Below, piece by piece: positions 54,326-64,000 of a stretch of DNA of 64,000 bases. Positions within the stretch are counted from its first letter, which is position 1, and each line of letters opens with the position of its first letter. The notes below the pieces were generated by a model. That model searched no databases. It was not told the DNA's origin and saw nothing but the letters and a program-made list of their open reading frames with translations. Both the position numbers and the translations under genes were made by a program. The stretch lies in NCBI RefSeq assembly GCF_009914755.1, contig NC_060944.1. One strand, given 5' to 3'. The stretch comes from the human T2T-CHM13v2.0 reference genome, Homo sapiens.

Positions 54326-55399
54326 TCCTTACTGTGGGTAAGTGGCTGAGGGCTGCTTGGAGGAACCTCACAGTAAAACAAACAACCTCTCACTTAAACA
54401 GCACATAAACTCATATGTGAGGCTCTGATTTGTAGCAGTAATAGTGCACAGGAAGTTTTTTCATTTATTACAGATTTAGCTGCAGGGTGCTTTTGATAAA
54501 AAGACTCGGTTGAATATAGTTAAAACAAATCTGGGATCCGCCCCCTTGCTGAGCATTTCTGTCGCCCCTGTCCCAGTCCAGGCTGCCCCATCTCTCCCTG
54601 TCCGATGCAGCAGCCCCGTCCCCCTGGTCCCTGGGGCCATCTCTGCTGTCGTCCACTTTATCCTCTATCTGGCGGCCCCAACACCCTTCCAGGAGAGGTC
54701 AATCTGCTCTCAGCTCTTCCTGGCTGAAGACCCTCCTGGGTTTCCTGTTTCTCCCAGGATAAAATCCACGCTTCTACTCATGCTGGGGCAAGAGGCCCTT
54801 TGAGTCCTGAGGCCTGTCCCCATCCTCAGCCTCCCGCCATCTTCCCGGTACTGCCCCACCCCTCACCCCTGGCTGCTTCTCAGCCCCTCCAGCTGCCCTG
54901 TGCTTGCTAGTCTTGCCCTACCACCTCCCACCCCCGCTCCCTGGCCTCCATGCCTGGCACAGGCCCTGTGCTCAGTGAATACTGGTTGAATGAGTGGACA
55001 CGTGAATTAACGAATGAGAGACTCAAATGATCAAATATAAAGCAGGGCCTGTGTCTCAGGGACACTCCTCCAGCCTGGCAAGTCTGTGGTCTTCAGGCCC
55101 GTTGCCGAATGAAGGGTCTACTTCCCATCTTTGCTGTGAGTCCCAGGTTTCCAGGGGAGCAGGAAGTGCTAATGTTCTAATGTCTGCACCTTCACTTCCA
55201 GCTGCTGATGGCCCCCCAGGCCCATCCCCAGGAACAGGGAGGCTCCCTTTATGCCACAGTGTATAGACTCACAGGTCCCCCAAAGTAGCAATTGAAAAGA
55301 ACCAGCAGGGTCCGTGACCGCAAACTGCAGCCTGAAGTACCAGGGTAATCTTTGTTACACCCCAAGTTGCGGGACGGCAGAGCCCTCTGCCAAATAGAG

Positions 55400-55800
55400 A
55401 AGTGAATGTTATTCTCCCGTGGGCTTTGGAAGACCCTTGCACTATTATTAATATCTCAGGGCGAAGGCCGGTGAGGGCGCCAGAATTTAATTGCCTAAAT
55501 AATTGCTTTCCCCAAATGCGAAATCCCGATGGACCCACCAGCTTCAGTGTGCGCATGGGTTTTAATGAATGGTGGGCGCCGAGAGATCACAGCTTCTGTG
55601 CAAACACGGACGGCCGTTACTATTTATAGGTTTGTACAGGTTGATTCTTGGGATCATCATTGCTACGGCTGCAGAACGTAAGATCTATTTTTAAAGCACT
55701 ACCTATAAGCCTAGTGCTATGGATTTTCTGTAATTTATAGCTCGGGCTACGAGACTGCTTTTGAATGGTTACTCTGTAAAGTACTTAATCTACAGTTGCT
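55400..55800 (+). promoter_or_regulatory. Putative intronic enhancer/promoter with MEF2 sites
   Basis: Unique sequence with retained CpGs; CTATTTATAG (55620-55629) and CTATTTTTAA (55685-55694). Confidence 0.45.
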
Positions 55801-56864
55801 GCGACGGGGTGCTGGTGGCATGAATCTGTGCTGTGGTGAGTCCGTAAGCCCAGCTCCACGGACTCTGCTGGGAAAAGAAACAACTCTCTTAAGTATATAA
55901 ATCCAGTAAACATAGGAAACGTCCACATTGAACTGGCAGAAGGAGAACATGTTTGGGTGACAAGGGGCATTATTTAAACATGAAAGATCTTCCTTTAAAA
56001 GTGAAAGAAAAGAAGTAAACACTAATAGTGTGCACAACAGTGCCAATTCTAGAAGAGGGTATGGATTTGTTCTTTTATTTATTATTAACATTCTAACGAT
56101 CCAAGTATTTCATGATCTCCGCCTCCTGGCAAAAATGAAAGCATTTTGAGTAGGGAGCTCAGACAGCCGCCGTCGTGGAGTCTAGGCTCTTCCCTCCGCT
56201 TCTGTAGGCAGCTGTTTCACCACGGAGGGCAGAGATGCCCAGAACATCCGCCCTGTGCTTCCATAGTCATATGTGTCTGTGGGAAATATATGGTACTGGT
56301 GAGTGTGTGCACTCACGTGTGCATGTGTGTGCGTGCTTGTGAGTGTGTGCTCCATGAGTGATTATGGCATTGTTATGTTATGTACTAACCCAGGAAATAA
56401 GAGCTCCAATGATGTTAGACTACAAAGATCTTTTGCAGTACAAGGAAGCCGCTGAGTGCTATTCCCTAGTGTGGATATACCGTAGGGCAGCCATTCTGCT
56501 TTGAGGGACATTTAGGTTGTTTCCACTTGATCGGCCTCATGCATACCTTCCTGTGTTTGGGGTTTCTCTGGAGTAGATGACAAGAACTGGATGAGCTGGG
56601 ACAGGACATTTTCTATTTGGGCAGATGCAGCCAGTCATCCTGGTTGCCGGTTTCAGTCCCACCCAGCATTCGTGGTGCCTGTTTCACCACATCTTCACCA
56701 GCACTTGGTGTTAGACTTTCAACTTTGCCTGTTTGTTTGTTTATTCTTTTATTCACTGGGGTCAGGGGGTAAAGCCTGGTGGTTAAGAAGGAGGCCTGAG
56801 GGGACAGATCCACGCCAGCCCTCCTGCTCCCTGGATCTGTGGCCTCAAGGAGCTCTACTGGTTC

Positions 56865-57135
56865 CTGTCTTAGACGTTTTGGGCTACAACAACAAAATAT
56901 CTTAGATGGATAATTTAGAAACAGCAGAAATTTATTGCTCACTGTTCTGCAGCCTGCGAAGTCCAAGATCAAGGGGCCGGCAGATTTGCTGTCTGGTGAG
57001 TGCCGGTTCCTCAGAGATGGTTCCTTGCTGCTACATCCTCACAAGCAAAAGGTGTGCACAGGGGCTCCCTGGACCCTCTTTTATAAGGCACTTATCATTG
57101 ATGAGGGTGGGGCCCTCATGACCTAATCACCATCA
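56865..57135 (-). mobile_element. MLT1A-type MaLR LTR fragment
   Basis: TGTCTTAG..AGAAATTTATTGCTCAC..GAAGTCCAAGATCAAGG..CTCATGACCTAATCACC. Confidence 0.8.
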
Positions 57136-57139
57136 TCTC

Positions 57140-57350
57140 TGAGCGCTGCGCTGTCCTGTGCAGGACCCATGTCCCATATGTGGCTGTTGAAATTTATTTT
57201 AATGTTAAATGAACTAAAATGAGATGAAATTAAAAATTCAGGTCCTCTGCAGCATGCACCACATTTTAAGCACTCTCAACACTTGTGGCTTCCATGATGG
57301 GCAGTGCCACGTACATCATCTTCATTCTCGTAGAATATTCTAGCGCATGG
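57140..57350. mobile_element. MER3-like hAT MITE
   Basis: CTGCGCTGTCC..CATATGTGGCTGTTGA..TAAAAATTCAG..CACATTTTAAG..TGTGGCT. Confidence 0.65.
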
Positions 57351-58504
57351 TGCAGCGCCAGGGATGAGGCAGCCTCCCCAGCAATTTGCACCAGCCCCAG
57401 CCTGCCCTTGACAGGGCTCTGGCCATTCTCGTCCCTCGCACGGACACATCTCATCCTCTCCGAAGGCACCTGCTCCTCCCTCCAGGCTGAGCCATCAGAG
57501 TCCCTCCCACGGGGCCCCAGTGCTTCAGTTCCCCACTTCCAGTGGCTCCCGTCAGCATCCACTTCACAGGTCTCCACCCGGGCAAGGCTCCTCACTCATC
57601 TCCCAGCTCTGGCCTTGGCCTCCACATCTTCCTGAGTGACACCATGCGGGGAACTTGGTGGGTATTTTAGGGTACAGATGAGGAAACTGAGGCCTCAGGA
57701 AGACAGCTGAGGTGTTTTTGGGTGAGGTGGACCAGGGACCGCTTTGTGGCACCAGCAACTCCAGCTCCTCATCATGGGGGCCAGGGCAAATTCCTTTCTT
57801 TAGGGGATTCTGCCTTCTTTTTCCCACAGTGCAGTGCCACTGGGGGAGATCTCATGGCTGGTCTCACCCGTTGAGACCCATTGAGATCCATTGAGACTCC
57901 ATTTCTGCAAAGCTCTCCAGACCCTTCGCCCATGGCCTTGGGAAAACTGTGAATGTTAAAGGGCCAAGAGTGTCACCGCAGAAACCATGTGGCTCCCCGC
58001 AGCAGGGCCAAGGCGTCTGTTACTTTATTTTGTGTTGTTTTTCTATAAAGTGATAGATATATATGGTAAAAATATAAAGAATACAGTAGGATGTAAGGCA
58101 AAAATCAGCTTCTCTCGCCCCTCAACTCTCCAGGCCTCTGGGTCTTCTCTGGCTGCTCCCAGAGAAGTGCCGTGGCTCTAAGAGGTCACCAGTGTTGCCT
58201 CTGAATCCTTCTGGAAAGTCTACATAAAACTTTTGTGCACGGCTTTTGAAATACACATACACACACACAGACACAACATTCCCATTCTGTGTATGCTCCC
58301 GCACACCTTGATATTTCTATTAACAGTGTATCACAGCAGCTGCTGTCTATCAGCCTACAAATGTCTTCCAAGCAGAACCCATCTCAGGGCCTTTGTGTGT
58401 GCTGTTTCCCACGCCTGGCATGCTCTTTCCTTAGAGAGCCCTGTGCCTATGGCTGCTTCCCTTATTCCACTCCGGCCTTTGCACCAGTATTTCTAAACCA
58501 TGAC

Positions 58505-62100
<3,596 letters not shown>

Positions 62101-62240
62101 CTTCTTTACTTTTATTTTTTTACTCTTAATTGTAAGATACCTGTTGAAAAGTGCACATACCATAAACGTTCATCTTGATGAATTTTCACCAAGTGAACAC
62201 ACCTCTGTAGGCAGAACGCAGTTCAAGAAGCAGAATATAA

Positions 62241-62660
<420 letters not shown>

Positions 62661-63659
62661 TGAACCTTCTGTAAATGGAATAAGATAGAACACAGTCTTC
62701 TTTAACAGAATATTGTGATACCTACCCAGGTTTTTGTCTGGTTAATTTCACTGTTGTATGGTATTTCATTTTGTGAATGTAGCTCAATTTAATGCCTGCT
62801 CAAATTCTTAGGTTAAAAATTTCAAAAACATTTTATTGTCTGATAACTATCTTTGATTTGGATGAGTTATTCTGCGTGTAACACCTCTGGACATTGGCAT
62901 GCATAGCTTGTGTGTCTGCTCAGCAAATTCCTCTGTGTCCTTCCAAGCTCTGCTCAGCAGGGCGGTGGTGTATTTTTGCATCTGTTTTGTGTACTGCTGG
63001 ATTGCCAGTGCCTGGTGCATAGCAGGTACTCAACAAATATAGGTCACGTGCAGGCACCAGTGAAAGGCCATTTCCTGGAGCTTCCCTGAGCTTCCCAGCC
63101 TGGCCAGTGGCTTCATACACTACTACCTCTCCATGCTGTGATGGTGTTGGACACGGCTTACCCCCTCACCATGCAGACTGGGCCAAGCCATCCCGTGCCT
63201 GACAGCACACAGGACAGGGCCTGGCATGGAGTCAGTGTTTGGTGCATGTTTGTTGAGCAAATGTCTGCTTTGTAAGCCGGGGTTGCTGGTAGAGATTTTG
63301 GTGGGTTGGGGAGGCCAGAGGGATGAGCTGGAGCTGGTATTATGGAAAGAATGTAGGAGCCCTTTTCTGTCCTGTTGGTAACCCTTGTTAGATACCCTGT
63401 CTGAGCCTCAACTTCATTGTTTGTAAGAAAGAGGATGATTATTCCAACCTCACAAGATTATAAATCAATGCATGTGAGGTCCTTGGTAAGCTCTAGGCTC
63501 TACAAAAGTGCTGTCAGCATTAATCTTGTTACCTCCTCCTCTTCCTTTCATACTTCCTCCTCCTTTATCATCATCATCAAGTCAGTGACTTTTCGGGGGA
63601 CCCAACAAAAGCATGAGGTTCCTGCCTGTGTGAGTTGGGGTATATATGATGCAATAACA

Positions 63660-63885
63660 GCCTGAGCTCTGGAGCTGAGGACATGGGATCCAGTCCTGGC
63701 TTTGCAGGTTTGTGACCTGGGGCAAGTACTTAAGAACTTTGCCTCTCATTTTCCTCATTGGCTAAATGGGAAAATCACAGTTCTACCTGATTTGGGTAGT
63801 TTCAGCCTTAGCCATGGCAATCATTGTAAAGTTTTTAGAACAATGGCTGGCACATGGTAAGAGCTAAGTGTTAAGTAAATGAAAA
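63660..63885. mobile_element. MIR
   Basis: CCAGTCCTGGCTTTGC..TGTGACCTGGGGCAAGTACTTAA..TTTCCTCAT..TAAATGGG..GGCACATGGTAAG. Confidence 0.75.
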
Positions 63886-64000
63886 CCCTACTATCAGAGG
63901 CCTATGCCAGCAGGATGTTTGGTCCCTTTATAAGAGATCAGGAGGGAGACAGGTGCAAGGTCTTTCTCTGCTGTTAGCGTTTCATCCTCCTGTGTGTTGC

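Overview
Human (or great-ape) genomic DNA, most likely the 5' flank and start of PHACTR3 (human chr20q13.3, + strand). The gene call rests on recognising the N-terminal peptide from memory. Bases 1-25.2 kb are an AT-rich stack of nested transposons. They include a 5'-intact L1PA3/PA2-type LINE-1 (minus strand; ORF1 nonsense, ORF2 frameshift, open antisense ORF0), older L1s, CR1/L3 and MaLR relics, several Alus, and a two-LTR Harlequin/HERV-E (LTR2, tRNA-Glu PBS) provirus inserted into an Alu, with signs of GG->AG editing. Bases 25.3-58 kb are more GC-rich and mostly unique, with simple repeats, DNA-transposon fossils, CTCF-like motifs and a CpG island (~43.4-44.0 kb). The island holds a 109-nt coding first exon (MRGRGGGRARCPAPLRSLLGAFGARDAAAAARDPAQ, phase-1 donor). 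The rest is intron 1. Most entries in the ORF track are spurious, arising from non-ATG starts or repeats. No CRISPR array, tRNA or rRNA gene is present. The best leads are (i) an L1 ORF0 splice donor in the same phase and orientation as the PHACTR3 first exon, (ii) a second 109-nt phase-1 ATG-to-donor ORF in intron 1 overlapping MEF2 sites, and (iii) APOBEC3G-like hypermutation of the provirus. All three are hypotheses that need RNA or alignment data.
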